Assembly (NCBI GenBank): GCA_037440465.1
Contig: JBBIUB010000019.1
Coordinates: 1 to 17,961, forward strand
Length of the DNA stretch: 17,961 nucleotides
Direction of reading: 5' to 3'
Source of the DNA: Coprothermobacterota bacterium
GTDB lineage: Bacteria; Coprothermobacterota; HKB111
The position numbers and the translations under genes were made by a program. Shown here piece after piece: positions 1 through 10,691 of this stretch. Within the stretch, counting starts at the first letter, position 1; each line of letters starts with the position of its first letter. The notes under the pieces are model-generated. The model saw only the letters and a program-made list of their open reading frames with translations, ran no database searches and had not been told where the DNA came from.

Positions 1-1
1 A

Positions 2-73
2 GGTTTAAGATTCGCCATCCGAGAAGGCGGGCGTACAGTAGGTGCTGGAGTGGTGGTAAAGATTTTGGAGTAG
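2..73 (+). CDS. tuf: Elongation factor Tu, C-terminal fragment (5' end outside window)
   Basis: Frame from nt 2 reads GLRFAIREGGRTVGAGVVVKILE*, the canonical EF-Tu C-terminus; directly upstream of rpsJ. Confidence 0.97.
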   Translation, partial: GLRFAIREGGRTVGAGVVVKILE

Positions 74-91
74 AGATAGAGGAGAATTAAT

Positions 92-403
92 GTGGCTCGA
101 AAACAAAGGATGCGGATAAAACTTCGCTCATACGACTACCATATTCTGGATCAGGCTGCAAAGCAGATAGTAGATACTGCTAGGAACAGGGGAGTTAAAG
201 TCTCAGGACCTACACCTTTACCTACAGATAGAAAAATATATTGTGTTTTACAGTCTCCTCATATTGATAAAGATTCCCGAGAGCATTTTGAGATTCTTAT
301 ACACAAACGTCTTATAGAAATATTAGACCCTACACCAGAAGTAATTCAGGCTTTAACTAATTTAACATTACCAGCCGGGGTTGACATTCTGGTCAGGCTA
401 TAG
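92..403 (+). CDS. rpsJ: 30S ribosomal protein uS10
   Basis: RIKLRSYD, GPTPLPT, SPHIDKDSREHFE, HKRLIEI motifs; GTG start, SD GAGGAG at 79-84. Confidence 0.98.
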   Translation: MARKQRMRIKLRSYDYHILDQAAKQIVDTARNRGVKVSGPTPLPTDRKIYCVLQSPHIDKDSREHFEILIHKRLIEILDPTPEVIQALTNLTLPAGVDILVRL

Positions 404-412
404 GTGGAAATT

Positions 413-1021
413 ATGAAGTGGTTATTAGGTAGAAAAGTTGGCATGACAAGGTTGTTTACTTCTTCAGGAGCTATTGTAGGAGCTACTATTATCTCTGCAG
501 GCCCCTGTTATGTAGTTGGAGAACAAGGCGATCTTTTAGAGATTGGTTATGATGAAGTACCAGAAAAGAATCTGAATAAAGGAGTTCTGGGTAAATTTAA
601 ACGAGCTAATCTTCCTCCTTTAAGGATAATAAGAGGGTTCAAATTCTCACCAGCTGCATATAAAATCGGTGATATTTTAACATTGAGTATTTTCAGTGAA
701 AATGAACAAGTTGATATAACAGGAATTACTAAAGGTAGAGGTTTTACTGGTGCTATGAAAAGATGGGGTTTCAGCGGTGGAAATAAAACCCACGGTGCTA
801 CACAATGGCATAGGAGAGTTGGATCTATTGGGCAAAGGACAACACCAGGAAAGATTTATAAAGGGAAGAAAATGCCAGGCCATTTTGGCAACAGCCAGGT
901 AACGGTTAAAAACCTTTCTATTCTAAAGATATTACCTGAGCAAAACCTAATCTTCCTTAATGGGAGTGTTCCGGGAGCGAGAGGTAGCTTAGTAGTAGTG
1001 AGGTCAAAAAGTGAAAGTTAG
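413..1021 (+). CDS. rplC: 50S ribosomal protein uL3
   Basis: LLGRKVGMT, GITKGRGFTGAMKRWGF, GKKMPGHFG, GSVPG. ATG 413 preferred over GTG 404 because AGGTGG (402-407) fits as its SD. Confidence 0.97.
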   Translation: MKWLLGRKVGMTRLFTSSGAIVGATIISAGPCYVVGEQGDLLEIGYDEVPEKNLNKGVLGKFKRANLPPLRIIRGFKFSPAAYKIGDILTLSIFSENEQVDITGITKGRGFTGAMKRWGFSGGNKTHGATQWHRRVGSIGQRTTPGKIYKGKKMPGHFGNSQVTVKNLSILKILPEQNLIFLNGSVPGARGSLVVVRSKSES

Positions 1022-1628
1022 ATTTTATGATTTTCTTCAGAATTTAGATAATGAATTAGAGTTAGCAAATATCAAGGAAGTTGAACTTGATACAGCTCTA
1101 TTAAACCAAGTAGTAAAATCAATAGAAGCTAATAAAAGAGCAGGAACTCGAGCGACAAAAAGTAGAGGAGATGTAAAAGGTGGTGGTCGTAAGCCATGGC
1201 CTCAAAAACATACTGGTCGAGCAAGACATTCGACGATACGATCACCTCTCTGGATTAAGGGGGGTCATACCTTTGCTCTGGAACCAGGAAGACCCTATTT
1301 AAAATTAAATTCCAAGATAAAGAAAAATACTTTATTAGACCTGCTTTCTTTTAAGGCTGGAGAGGGACACATTTGCCTCGTTGACGCAATAAACATAGAT
1401 GTTCCTTCTACTTCCCAAGCTCAGAGTCTTATAAGTAAATTGGGATTAAAAGGCCATAAAATTGCTTTTATTACATCTGATAGCAAAGAAAATGTTTTCA
1501 AATCATTCAGGAATCTAAAAGACATAGAAGTAATACCTGTTGATGAGTTAAATATAAGACATTTGCTCCTTAATAATAAATTGGTATTTGAGTATGAAGC
1601 TTATAGGAAACTGACGGAGAGGTCTTAG
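1011..1628 (+). CDS. rplD: 50S ribosomal protein uL4
   Basis: TKSRGDVKGGGRKPWPQKHTGRAR loop, KSFRNL; position after rplC; GTG start overlapping rplC by 11 nt. Confidence 0.97.
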   Translation: MKVRFYDFLQNLDNELELANIKEVELDTALLNQVVKSIEANKRAGTRATKSRGDVKGGGRKPWPQKHTGRARHSTIRSPLWIKGGHTFALEPGRPYLKLNSKIKKNTLLDLLSFKAGEGHICLVDAINIDVPSTSQAQSLISKLGLKGHKIAFITSDSKENVFKSFRNLKDIEVIPVDELNIRHLLLNNKLVFEYEAYRKLTERS

Positions 1629-1630
1629 AT

Positions 1631-1918
1631 ATGGATTATATAAATATTATATTGAAACCAATACTTACAGAGAAAAGCCTGATTTTAGCTAGAGAGAGAA
1701 ATTTTTACTCTTTCTGGGTTCATCCTAAATCTAACAAAACGGAGATTAAGAACGCTATTCAACAGGCTTTTAAAGTTGATGTAGTAGAAGTAAACACAGC
1801 CAGGCATAAAAGAAAAGAAGTTAAGCATGGAAAGATCACTGGACTGAGAGCAGAACGAAAAAAAGCTTGTGTTCAGCTAAAAACAGGACAGAAGATACCA
1901 ATATTTGAAACCGGATAA
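1631..1918 (+). CDS. rplW: 50S ribosomal protein uL23
   Basis: [36 protein letters not shown]; synteny. Confidence 0.97.
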   Translation: MDYINIILKPILTEKSLILARERNFYSFWVHPKSNKTEIKNAIQQAFKVDVVEVNTARHKRKEVKHGKITGLRAERKKACVQLKTGQKIPIFETG

Positions 1919-1935
1919 GCGAAGGAGAAAAGAGG

Positions 1936-2763
1936 ATGGCTTTAAAAACATATAAACCGACTACACCAGCCAGGCGTCATAGGAGTGGTTTGGATACTGC
2001 TATTCTTACTGAAAAAGAGCCAGAAAGCAGTTTAACGTACTATATTCACAGATCAAAAGGTAAAAATAATCAAGGAAAAATTACCTCAAGATTTCGTGGG
2101 GGTGGAGCAAAAAGGCTTTTCCGTCAAATAGATTTTAAGAGGGATAAGGACGAAATTAAAGCAACAGTTGAAGCAATTGAATATGATCCGAACAGATCAG
2201 CTTTTCTAGCCCTCATAAACTATGAGGATGGAGAAAAAAGATATATTCTACACCCTGAAGGGTTGAATATAGGAGAGGTTGTAGAATCAGGTTCCAGAGT
2301 AGAAATAAAGATAGGTAATGCTACAACTCTTAGGTTAATACCAGTAGGAACCCTGGTTCATAATCTCGAACTTGTTCCTGGTCGTGGAGCTGCTCTTGTA
2401 AGGTCAGCTGGCTCATCAGCACAGATATTAGCAAAGGAAGGTGAGTATGCGATTATACGCCTTCCTTCTAAAGAAGTTCGTAAGGTAAATCTAAATTGTA
2501 GAGCAACGGTTGGGAGAATTGGTAATGTAGATTCGGGCAATATTAGCCTTGGTAGTGCTGGTAGAAGCAGGCACATGGGAAGAAGACCTCATGTGAGAGG
2601 TAAAGCAATGAACCCAGTAGATCATCCACATGGAGGTGGAGAAGGAAAAGCTGGCGTAGGAATGCCTTCTCCGAAGACACCCTGGGGTAAACCTGCCAGG
2701 GGTTATAGAACCAGGAGAGGAAAACGTGCTTCTGATAAGTTCATTATGAAGAGGAGGAAGTAG
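1936..2763 (+). CDS. rplB: 50S ribosomal protein uL2
   Basis: [33 protein letters not shown]. Confidence 0.99.
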   Translation: MALKTYKPTTPARRHRSGLDTAILTEKEPESSLTYYIHRSKGKNNQGKITSRFRGGGAKRLFRQIDFKRDKDEIKATVEAIEYDPNRSAFLALINYEDGEKRYILHPEGLNIGEVVESGSRVEIKIGNATTLRLIPVGTLVHNLELVPGRGAALVRSAGSSAQILAKEGEYAIIRLPSKEVRKVNLNCRATVGRIGNVDSGNISLGSAGRSRHMGRRPHVRGKAMNPVDHPHGGGEGKAGVGMPSPKTPWGKPARGYRTRRGKRASDKFIMKRRK

Positions 2764-2768
2764 TAGGC

Positions 2769-3044
2769 GTGAAAGAAAAAGAGTTATTTGTTGAGCCCAA
2801 ACTACTAAAAAGGATAATGGCTATGAATGCTAAGGGCGAGAAATTTTTACTTAAAACATGGTCTCGAAGGTCAGTAGTGATACCTGAAATGATAGGGCAT
2901 ACGATTGCTGTGTATAATGGACGTGTTCATATTCCTGTTTACATAGCTAAGGATATGATAAACCATAAGTTAGGTGAATTTTCACCAACAAGAACATTCA
3001 GGGGTCATGGCTCGCCTACTGAAAGATCTACGGCTCTAAAATAG
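2769..3044 (+). CDS. rpsS: 30S ribosomal protein uS19
   Basis: [34 protein letters not shown] start; atypical N-terminus. Confidence 0.97.
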   Translation: MKEKELFVEPKLLKRIMAMNAKGEKFLLKTWSRRSVVIPEMIGHTIAVYNGRVHIPVYIAKDMINHKLGEFSPTRTFRGHGSPTERSTALK

Positions 3045-3060
3045 ATAAGGAGAGAATCCA

Positions 3061-3399
3061 GTGGATGTTTTTGCCAGACATAATTTTGCGCTAATTTCTC
3101 CTCAAAAAGCCCGGCAGGTTGTAAGGTTAGTTAAAGGCAGGAAAGCTATTGAAGCCCTGGCTATACTAAAAACCATACCACAATATAAAGGAGCAAGATT
3201 AATCTTTAAAGTATTGAATTCAGCTGTAGCAAATGCTGTCCATAATCATGGTATGGATAAAAATAAGTTATTAGTTTCTAAAGCTGCTATTGATGAAGGC
3301 CCAAGAGCAAAAAGACTATTACCAAGAGCTTTTGGTAGAGCTCATGTAATATTGAAACGTTATAGCCACATCACAGTGGCAGTTAAAGAAGTAGATTAG
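3061..3399 (+). CDS. rplV: 50S ribosomal protein uL22
   Basis: [30 protein letters not shown] start. Confidence 0.97.
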   Translation: MDVFARHNFALISPQKARQVVRLVKGRKAIEALAILKTIPQYKGARLIFKVLNSAVANAVHNHGMDKNKLLVSKAAIDEGPRAKRLLPRAFGRAHVILKRYSHITVAVKEVD

Positions 3400-3409
3400 G
3401 AGGTGCCTT

Positions 3410-4090
3410 TTGGGGCAAAAGATTCATCCTTTCGGATATAGGTTAGGGATTATAGAAGGATGGGAGAGTAGATGGTTTGCTGAAGGTAAGCTATACAGCG
3501 AATTCTTAAAAGAAGACCATCTAATTAGAAAATTTATTAAGAAGCGTTTTACGCAGAGCGATATTTCTCAGATAGAGATTGAGAGAACGGGAAACAGAAT
3601 TAGGATTATAATTAATACTGCTCGACCAGGAATGATAATAGGGCGTCAGGGGGCTATTCTTGAGGAGCTCAGGAAAGACCTTGAGAGAATAACCCAAAAA
3701 CAGGTTAGTCCTGTAATTGGTGAAGTAAAAAACCCCTCCTTGGATGCGCAACTTGTAGCAAGAAATATAGCTTCTCAAATTGAGAAAAGAGTGGCGCACA
3801 AAAGAGCCATGAAACAAGCTATATTCAGAGCTATGAGAGCTGGTGCTCAAGGTATCAGGGTTTCCTGTAGTGGCAGATTAGGTGGTTCAGAAATTGCTCG
3901 TACTGAATGGTACAGAGAGGGTCGAGTTCCTCTTCATACTATCAGAGCTGATATAGACTATGGTATAACCGAAGCCGTTACTAGATATGGACGAATCGGG
4001 ATAAAAGTCTGGGTATACAAGGGTGATTCTAAAATGTATTCTGAATCTGTGAGGATGGTGATTCCAGGTGTTGATGCCAAAACAGGTTAA
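3410..4090 (+). CDS. rpsC: 30S ribosomal protein uS3
   Basis: [43 protein letters not shown] start, SD AGGAGGTG. Confidence 0.99.
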   Translation: MGQKIHPFGYRLGIIEGWESRWFAEGKLYSEFLKEDHLIRKFIKKRFTQSDISQIEIERTGNRIRIIINTARPGMIIGRQGAILEELRKDLERITQKQVSPVIGEVKNPSLDAQLVARNIASQIEKRVAHKRAMKQAIFRAMRAGAQGIRVSCSGRLGGSEIARTEWYREGRVPLHTIRADIDYGITEAVTRYGRIGIKVWVYKGDSKMYSESVRMVIPGVDAKTG

Positions 4091-4490
4091 ACATCGTAAG
4101 CAACATAGAGGAAATATGAGAGGAAGAGCCAAGAGAGGTGATTCTCTTGCTTTTGGAGATTATGGACTTAGGGCTCTCGAGCCTTCGTGGATAACTGCTG
4201 CCCAGATTGAAGCAGCCCGAGTTTCCCTTGTACGTTATCTGAAGAAGGGTGGAAAGATATGGGTAAGAATTTTCCCTGATAAGCCAGTTTCTAAGAAACC
4301 CCTTGAAGTACGTATGGGTGGTGGAAAGGGAGAACCAGCATTTTGGGTAGCAGTAGTAAAAACTGGCAGGGTTATGTTTGAAATAGTCGGTATATCCCAG
4401 TCAGATGCCTTAGAGGCAATGAGAATTGCATCCCATAAACTGCCAATTGCTACTGAGGTTGTAATTCGTCAGAAATCAGGGGAGGTATAA
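4068..4490 (+). CDS. rplP: 50S ribosomal protein uL16
   Basis: [35 protein letters not shown]; overlaps rpsC by 23 nt. Confidence 0.98.
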   Translation: MLMPKQVKHRKQHRGNMRGRAKRGDSLAFGDYGLRALEPSWITAAQIEAARVSLVRYLKKGGKIWVRIFPDKPVSKKPLEVRMGGGKGEPAFWVAVVKTGRVMFEIVGISQSDALEAMRIASHKLPIATEVVIRQKSGEV

Positions 4491-4491
4491 T

Positions 4492-4695
4492 ATGAAACCC
4501 CAGGAACTTAGAGAACTAAGCTTGGATGAACTTGAGAGGCGACTAAAAGAACTTAAGCAGGATCTCTTTACTTTAAGGTTTCAAGTAGCAGCTAATAAGT
4601 TACAGAATGTATCTCGAATAGGAGAGGTCAGAAAAGAAGTAGCTCGGGTTTTGACAATAATGGAAGAAAGATCTTTGGAGGATTCACATGCCTAA
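4492..4695 (+). CDS. rpmC: 50S ribosomal protein uL29
   Basis: ELRELS, LFTLRFQ, VRKEVARVLT. Confidence 0.97.
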   Translation: MKPQELRELSLDELERRLKELKQDLFTLRFQVAANKLQNVSRIGEVRKEVARVLTIMEERSLEDSHA

Positions 4696-4963
4696 GAAGG
4701 TTCTGTTAGGTAAAGTTGTAAGTGATAAGACACCTAAAACCAGGGTTGTAGAGGTGGAGTATACCTATAGACACCCTCTCTATAAAAAAGTAGTTCGTAA
4801 AAAGCATAGATTCTATACTCATGATGATGATAACATATCCAGAACTGGTGATTGGGTGCGTATAGAAGAAAGTCGGCCTCTCAGCCACTTAAAGAGATGG
4901 TCACTTTTGGAAGTAGTAAGGTCTTCTGAGATGGAGAAAAAAGAAAATGATTCGACCTTATAG
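4688..4963 (+). CDS. rpsQ: 30S ribosomal protein uS17
   Basis: [28 protein letters not shown]. Confidence 0.98.
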   Translation: MPKKVLLGKVVSDKTPKTRVVEVEYTYRHPLYKKVVRKKHRFYTHDDDNISRTGDWVRIEESRPLSHLKRWSLLEVVRSSEMEKKENDSTL

Positions 4964-5315
4964 TAGATTGAAAGTAGCGGACAATACAGGAGCTAAGGTT
5001 TTATCTGTTATTAGAGTTTTTGGTGGACCTAACAAGAAGTTCGGTTCAGTAGGGGATTTAATAGTAGCAACAGTTAAAACAGCCTCTCCAAGAGGAATGG
5101 TAGGCAAGGGTGATATTGTCAAAGCAGTAGTAGTTCGAACAAGAAAGGAAATAGGTCGTACTGATGGTACTTTTGTGCGCTTCGATGACAATGCTGCAGT
5201 AATTCTTACTGAAACTGGAGATCCTAGAGGAACAAGAATATTTGGTCCAGTAGCAAGGGAACTTCGTGATAAGAAGTTTTTAAAAATAGTTTCACTTGCA
5301 CCAGAGGTTGTTTAA
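4947..5315 (+). CDS. rplN: 50S ribosomal protein uL14
   Basis: [36 protein letters not shown]; overlaps rpsQ by 17 nt. Confidence 0.99.
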   Translation: MIRPYSRLKVADNTGAKVLSVIRVFGGPNKKFGSVGDLIVATVKTASPRGMVGKGDIVKAVVVRTRKEIGRTDGTFVRFDDNAAVILTETGDPRGTRIFGPVARELRDKKFLKIVSLAPEVV

Positions 5316-5326
5316 GGAGATTTTCT

Positions 5327-5641
5327 ATGCGAATTAAAAAAGATGATACCGTAATTGTTTTAAGTGGTAAAGATAAAGGAAAAAAAGGTAAAATCCTTAG
5401 AGTATTACCTGAAGAAGAAAAAGTGGTTGTTCAGAATATTAACCTGGTAAAAAAACATTCCAGACCAAGCAAGAAGTCTCAAGGAGGAATTGTAAACCAA
5501 GAGAACCCAATGTCAGCTTGTAAAGTTATGCTTGTTTGCCCACATTGCAAAGAACCTACGAGATGGGTAAGGCTAACAGGTAGTTTTAAAGGTAGAGTAC
5601 GGAAGTGTTTAAAGTGTGCAGAAATCATAGATAAGGAGTAA
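5327..5641 (+). CDS. rplX: 50S ribosomal protein uL24
   Basis: KOW motif [24 protein letters not shown] and CLKC pair. Confidence 0.97.
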   Translation: MRIKKDDTVIVLSGKDKGKKGKILRVLPEEEKVVVQNINLVKKHSRPSKKSQGGIVNQENPMSACKVMLVCPHCKEPTRWVRLTGSFKGRVRKCLKCAEIIDKE

Positions 5642-5651
5642 AGGAGGTTAC

Positions 5652-6194
5652 GTGAATCCTTTAAAAGAAAGATACTTAGCCAGGGTTATCCCTCAGATGA
5701 TTGATAGGTTTAATTATACAAATCCAATGGAAGTACCCAAGATTATTAAAATAACCGTAAACAGGGGTGTTGGTGAAGCTAAAACTGATAGTAAAATTCT
5801 TGATCAAGCAGTGGAAGAGCTTAAACTAATTACCGGGCAGAAACCTATAATTAGGAAAGCCAGGAAATCTATTGCCAGTTTTAAGCTTAGAAAGGGAATG
5901 CCTATTGGTTGTATGGTAACGCTTAGAGGAGAGAAAATGTACGGTTTTTTTGATAAACTCATTAACATAGCAATTCCAAGGATTAGAGACTTTAAAGGTT
6001 TTCCATCAAAGTCATTTGATGGTAGGGGAAATTTCAGTCTGGGTGTTACAGAGCAATTGATCTTTCCAGAAATACCTTATGAGAAAGTTGGGAAGATTAT
6101 GGGGATGAATATATCAATAACTACCACAGCAAAGACAGATGAAGAAGGGCGAGCTCTTTTAGAACTATTAGGTTGCCCCTTCGCTAAAGTATAA
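5652..6194 (+). CDS. rplE: 50S ribosomal protein uL5
   Basis: [41 protein letters not shown] start. Confidence 0.99.
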   Translation: MNPLKERYLARVIPQMIDRFNYTNPMEVPKIIKITVNRGVGEAKTDSKILDQAVEELKLITGQKPIIRKARKSIASFKLRKGMPIGCMVTLRGEKMYGFFDKLINIAIPRIRDFKGFPSKSFDGRGNFSLGVTEQLIFPEIPYEKVGKIMGMNISITTTAKTDEEGRALLELLGCPFAKV

Positions 6195-6207
6195 GGAGGT
6201 AGAAGAG

Positions 6208-6393
6208 TTGGCCAGAAAGGCATTAGTATTTAAGGCCCTTAGAACACCAAAATTCAAAGTCAGGAAGTACCATAGATGTAATATATGTGGTAGACCGAGG
6301 GCTTACATCAGGGATTTTGGTTTATGTAGGATCTGTTTTCGCCAGATGGCTCATCAAGGGCTACTTCCAGGTATAAAGAAAGCAAGTTGGTAG
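6208..6393 (+). CDS. rpsZ: 30S ribosomal protein uS14, short zinc-binding (type Z, C+) form
   Basis: 61 aa, RCNICGRPR and LCRICFR, ends KKASW; TTG start. Confidence 0.97.
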   Translation: MARKALVFKALRTPKFKVRKYHRCNICGRPRAYIRDFGLCRICFRQMAHQGLLPGIKKASW

Positions 6394-6418
6394 ATTGTGA
6401 GGAAGGAGGCTAAAAAAT

Positions 6419-6811
6419 ATGTACACTGATCCTATAGCAGATATGCTTACACGTATAAGGAATGCTAATCGGGAGTTTAAGGAATTTGTTGATATGCCCC
6501 ATTCAAAAGAAAAAGAGTCTATAGTCAATGTTCTTTTGTCTGAGGGTTATATAAATAAATTAGAAGTTATAGACACAGATTTCAAAAAGACTTTAAGGGT
6601 ATACCTTAAGTATGCTGGTAAACAGCGTGTTATTACAGATTTGAAAAGGATAAGTAAAGTTGGAGTCAGAATTTATGTTAATAAAGATAGTGTCCCAAAG
6701 GTTTTAAATGGATTAGGAGTAGCCGTATTGTCCACCTCTCAAGGTGTAATGGGGGACAGGGAAGCACGGAAGCTGAAGATCGGTGGAGAAGTTATGGCTT
6801 ATGTTTGGTAG
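6419..6811 (+). CDS. rpsH: 30S ribosomal protein uS8
   Basis: TDPIADMLTRIRNA, STSQGVM, GGEVMAYVW. Confidence 0.99.
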   Translation: MYTDPIADMLTRIRNANREFKEFVDMPHSKEKESIVNVLLSEGYINKLEVIDTDFKKTLRVYLKYAGKQRVITDLKRISKVGVRIYVNKDSVPKVLNGLGVAVLSTSQGVMGDREARKLKIGGEVMAYVW

Positions 6812-6823
6812 GAGGAGACAGAG

Positions 6824-7372
6824 ATGTCACGTTTAGCTAAAAAGCCGTTGGTTATCCCTGAGGGTGTTACAGTAGAATATAGAGATGGATCTTTGGAAAT
6901 CAAAGGTCCTCTTGGAACCATCACTAATGAGATTCCACAATTAATATCATTAAGGATAAATGAAGGACAAATCTGGATTGACAGGTTTTTTGATAACGAG
7001 AAAGTTAAAGCACTTCAAGGTTTAGTGTGGGCTCTTGTAAGGAATTCAATAACAGGTGTTAGTACAGGGTTTTCCAAGCGCCTACTTATAAGCGGTGTTG
7101 GATATCGTGCAAGTAAAGAAGGTGAAAACCTAATATTACAGCTGGGGTATATAAAACCAGTAACAATAACACCTCCTACCGGTATTACTCTCCAGGTAGA
7201 AACTCCTGACATGGTTGTAGTTAAAGGAGCTAATAAAGAATTGGTTGGTCTTGTGGCTTCCTATATAAGAGGAACTCGTCCCGTTGAGCCTTACAAAGGT
7301 AAAGGTATTCGGTATGAAGGTGAAATTGTGCGTAGGAAAGCAGGAAAAGCTGTGGGAAAGGTTAAAGGATAG
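6824..7372 (+). CDS. rplF: 50S ribosomal protein uL6
   Basis: [27 protein letters not shown]. Confidence 0.98.
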   Translation: MSRLAKKPLVIPEGVTVEYRDGSLEIKGPLGTITNEIPQLISLRINEGQIWIDRFFDNEKVKALQGLVWALVRNSITGVSTGFSKRLLISGVGYRASKEGENLILQLGYIKPVTITPPTGITLQVETPDMVVVKGANKELVGLVASYIRGTRPVEPYKGKGIRYEGEIVRRKAGKAVGKVKG

Positions 7373-7383
7373 GTGGGATATTA

Positions 7384-7752
7384 ATGAGAAAAGATGTAGC
7401 AAGATCATTTTTACGAAAAATAAGGCATATAAGAATACGTATGAAAATTTCTGGTGATTCAGATAAACCCAGAATAGCGGTTTATAAAAGCTTGAAACAC
7501 ATATATGCTCAGGTTATTGATGACAGAAAGGCCACAACTTTAGCATCTGCTTCTACTCTTGATAAACAACTTAAAACTGAAATTTCAGGTAAAAATAAGA
7601 GTGAAAGAGCTAGACTCGTTGGAAAATTACTTGCAAAAAAGCTTAAGATGATAAATATTGATTCAGTTGTTTTTGACAGAGGTGGCTTTAAATATCACGG
7701 TAGGGTAAAAGCTTTAGCAGAGGCGATGCGTGAAGAAGGTATTATATTTTAG
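7384..7752 (+). CDS. rplR: 50S ribosomal protein uL18
   Basis: [33 protein letters not shown]. Confidence 0.98.
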   Translation: MRKDVARSFLRKIRHIRIRMKISGDSDKPRIAVYKSLKHIYAQVIDDRKATTLASASTLDKQLKTEISGKNKSERARLVGKLLAKKLKMINIDSVVFDRGGFKYHGRVKALAEAMREEGIIF

Positions 7753-7782
7753 CCTGCAAGTAGGGTTAGGAGGTATTATTTG

Positions 7783-8286
7783 ATGCAATTGGAAGAAGAT
7801 AGTGTAGTGCAGCTCAAAGAAAAAATTGTTCAGATCTCCCGTGTAGCAAGGGTAGTTAAGGGAGGTAAGAGATTAAGATTCAGAGTTCTGGCTGTAATAG
7901 GAGATGAAAAAGGTTCTGTTGGCGTATCTCTTGGTAAAGCTTCTGAGACAGCTTCAGCGATACGAAAGGCTGTAGAGAAAGCAAAAAGAAATATGGTTAA
8001 AATAAACCTTGCAGGCACTACTATTACACATGAAATAATTGGTTCTCAAGGTTCAGCTCGTGTTCTTTTAAAACCTGCTGTTAAGGGTACTGGTGTTATC
8101 GCAGGAAGTGCAGTTCGCTCTATACTTGACGTATGTGGGATAAAAGACATTTTAACGAAATCCCTGGGTAGTAATAACAATGTGAACCTTGCTTATGCTA
8201 CCTTTAATGGCCTAAAAAACTTAAAGAAAGTCAGTAATGTTGCTCAATTGCGGGGAAAAGACCCCAAAGAACTTCTGGAAGGCTAA
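7783..8286 (+). CDS. rpsE: 30S ribosomal protein uS5
   Basis: [28 protein letters not shown] 7783 is 8 nt from SD AGGAGGT (7768-7774); TTG 7780 is the alternative start. Confidence 0.97.
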   Translation: MQLEEDSVVQLKEKIVQISRVARVVKGGKRLRFRVLAVIGDEKGSVGVSLGKASETASAIRKAVEKAKRNMVKINLAGTTITHEIIGSQGSARVLLKPAVKGTGVIAGSAVRSILDVCGIKDILTKSLGSNNNVNLAYATFNGLKNLKKVSNVAQLRGKDPKELLEG

Positions 8287-8296
8287 GGTGGTTAGT

Positions 8297-8746
8297 ATGG
8301 ATTTAGGCTTACACAATCTAAAGCCAACTAAAGGCTCAATAAAAGAAAGAAAAAGAGTTGGACGTGGTTCAGCTTCAGGTTCTGGAGGAACTTCAGGAAG
8401 AGGGCATAAGGGACAAAAAGCAAGAGCTGGGGGCGTTGGTAAACCAGGTTTTGAAGGTGGTCAGACACCTTTATATAAAAGGATTCCTCATTATCCAGGT
8501 TTTAGAAATGCTTTTACTAAGTATTTTCAACCTGTTAATGTTACAAAGCTTAATATTTTTGAAGAGGGATCCCTTGTAACTCCATTTGAGATGTTTTCTC
8601 AGGGATTAATTTCAGATGAAAAAGGGCGAGTTAAGATATTAGGTAATGGAGAACTTAAGAAAAGATTGATAATTAAAGCCCACGCTTTTTCTAAGAAGGC
8701 TTTAGAACAAGTTGAATCTCTTGGCGGTAAAGGAGAAAAGATATAA
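8297..8746 (+). CDS. rplO: 50S ribosomal protein uL15
   Basis: RVGRGSASGSGGTSGRGHKGQKAR, GFEGGQTPLYKR, VKILGNG. Start moved to ATG 8297 (SD AAGGTGG at 8285-8291). Confidence 0.97.
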   Translation: MDLGLHNLKPTKGSIKERKRVGRGSASGSGGTSGRGHKGQKARAGGVGKPGFEGGQTPLYKRIPHYPGFRNAFTKYFQPVNVTKLNIFEEGSLVTPFEMFSQGLISDEKGRVKILGNGELKKRLIIKAHAFSKKALEQVESLGGKGEKI

Positions 8747-10015
8747 ATGTGGGCGAATCTTATAAATGCTCTTAGAATAAAAGAACTAAAAATCAGGTTT
8801 CTTAACACCATTATGGTGATTGCCCTTATAAGAATTGGTACTTATATACCAGTTCCTTATATCCAGGTAGAAAAGCTAAAGGATCTTGTAGAGCAAGGCG
8901 GGATACTTGGTCTTCTAAACCTATTTTCTGGCGGAGGTCTTGCAAACGCATCTCTCTTTGCCTTAGGCGTTTTACCATATATTAACGCTTCTATTATTAT
9001 GAACCTTTTAACATCTGTTATACCTCATCTTGAAAGGCTACAACGAGAAGAAGGTCAAGAAGGTAAAGAAACCATTCAGAGGTATGTTCGTTATTTGACA
9101 GTAGCCTTAGCTACTCTTCAATCTTATGCGATGGCTATCGCGTTGTTCAGACTGGGACTACTACAGCAGGGTAATTTTCTCTCTTTAAGCTTAATTACTG
9201 TTGCTCTTACATCAGGAGCTATGTTAATCCTATGGTTAGGAGAAATACTTACCGAGATTGGTATAGGTAATGGAATTTCCCTTATTATTTTCTCTGGCAT
9301 CGTTGCCCGGTTACCATCATCAGTTATGACTACCCTTCAATATGTGAGAACAGGCGAACTTCATGTATTTACTTTGGCTCTTGGTCTTCTTGGTGGGTTG
9401 CTTTTACTTGCAGCTACAATATTTACCTATCAGGCTGAAAGACGTATACCCGTTCAGTACGCCAGGAGGATTGTTGGAAGGCGTGTATATGGTGGACAGA
9501 GCACTTATTTGCCTTTAAAATTAATCCAGGCAGGTGTTCTTCCTATTATTTTTGCATCTTCCGTGCTTGTTTTTCCTTCAAGTATAGCTCAGTTTGTAGG
9601 CGGAGCTACCCTTAGAAGAATTGGTGAAATGCTTGCAAACTCACACTCCATATTACATAACTCTCTTTATTTTCTATTAATAATATTTTTCACTTACTTT
9701 TATACTTCTATTGCGTTTGATCCAAAAAGACTTTCTGATGATATTAAAAAATATGGTGGATATATTCCAGGAATAAGACCTGGAGATACAACAACAACAT
9801 ATATAAACACAGTATTAAGTAGAACGACCCTTCCAGCAGCAATTTTTCTTGGGTTAATAGCTGTTTCTCCCAATTTATTTACTTCTATCTTTCAAATGGA
9901 GGCATTTATTTTTGGTGGAACTGCTCTATTAATTATTATAGGTGTAGCTCTTGAGACAATGAGACAGATAGAGTCTTATCTAATGATAAGACACTACGAG
10001 GGTCTTCTAAAATAA
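8747..10015 (+). CDS. secY: Preprotein translocase subunit SecY
   Basis: FALGVLPYINASII, GIGNGISLIIF, RRIPVQY, IPGIRPG, GGTALLI, HYEG; many hydrophobic segments. Confidence 0.99.
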   Translation: MWANLINALRIKELKIRFLNTIMVIALIRIGTYIPVPYIQVEKLKDLVEQGGILGLLNLFSGGGLANASLFALGVLPYINASIIMNLLTSVIPHLERLQREEGQEGKETIQRYVRYLTVALATLQSYAMAIALFRLGLLQQGNFLSLSLITVALTSGAMLILWLGEILTEIGIGNGISLIIFSGIVARLPSSVMTTLQYVRTGELHVFTLALGLLGGLLLLAATIFTYQAERRIPVQYARRIVGRRVYGGQSTYLPLKLIQAGVLPIIFASSVLVFPSSIAQFVGGATLRRIGEMLANSHSILHNSLYFLLIIFFTYFYTSIAFDPKRLSDDIKKYGGYIPGIRPGDTTTTYINTVLSRTTLPAAIFLGLIAVSPNLFTSIFQMEAFIFGGTALLIIIGVALETMRQIESYLMIRHYEGLLK

Positions 10016-10016
10016 G

Positions 10017-10691
10017 ATGGTTTTCATCTTATTAGGCCCCCCTGGTTCAGGCAAAGGAACTCAAGGTAGGCTTTTGAGTGAAAGACTGGGGATACCCTAT
10101 CTTTCTTCTGGAGATGTGCTGAGGGATTTGAGTAAAAAAGATAATGAAATGGCTTCAGAAATTAAAAGTTATATGGAAAAAGGTAAACTTATCCCGGATA
10201 CCTTGATGAAAGAAGTCTTTGCCTTAAGCATTAAAACAGCTTTATTAAAGGCAAATGGAGTGATACTCGATGGTTACCCTCGCACTATCTATCAAGCTAA
10301 TGATTTAGAAAATTTTCTTCAAGAACTATCTTTTTCTTCAAACATAATAAGAGTTTTAGAATTAGTAGTAAACCCAGATGAACTTATTGAAAGATTGGGC
10401 TCAAGATATGTTTGCCCAGTTTGTCAGAGGATATATCACTGGAAAAACCAAAAGTGTTTTTTAAATTTGAAATGTGAATTTTGCGGCTCATCACTTGAAA
10501 AACGGAGTGATGATAAAGAAGAAACCATTAAAGAAAGATTAAAAGAGTATGAGTTAAAGACGAGGGATTTACATGAATATTATTATAGAAAAGGTTTTCT
10601 CGTATCTATTTCAGGTGGGGGGAGTATTAGTGAAGTTGCTAAAGCAATAGAGTTGGCAGTAAAGAACTGGGAGGCAAATTGTCTGGAGTAA
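10017..10691 (+). CDS. adk: Adenylate kinase with Cys4 zinc LID
   Basis: P-loop GPPGSGKGTQ, SSGDVLR, LDGYPRT, CPVC...CEFC, RSDD. Confidence 0.97.
   Translation: MVFILLGPPGSGKGTQGRLLSERLGIPYLSSGDVLRDLSKKDNEMASEIKSYMEKGKLIPDTLMKEVFALSIKTALLKANGVILDGYPRTIYQANDLENFLQELSFSSNIIRVLELVVNPDELIERLGSRYVCPVCQRIYHWKNQKCFLNLKCEFCGSSLEKRSDDKEETIKERLKEYELKTRDLHEYYYRKGFLVSISGGGSISEVAKAIELAVKNWEANCLE

Noticed and set aside
236..275. uS10 loop variant (CVLQSPHID) as a tetracycline/tigecycline resistance allele
   Set aside because: This position varies naturally across phyla; no phenotype can be inferred.
8237..8296. 20-aa N-terminal extension of uL15 as a possible uL30 remnant or fusion
   Set aside because: It lies almost wholly inside rpsE, does not resemble uL30, and ATG 8297 has its own SD.
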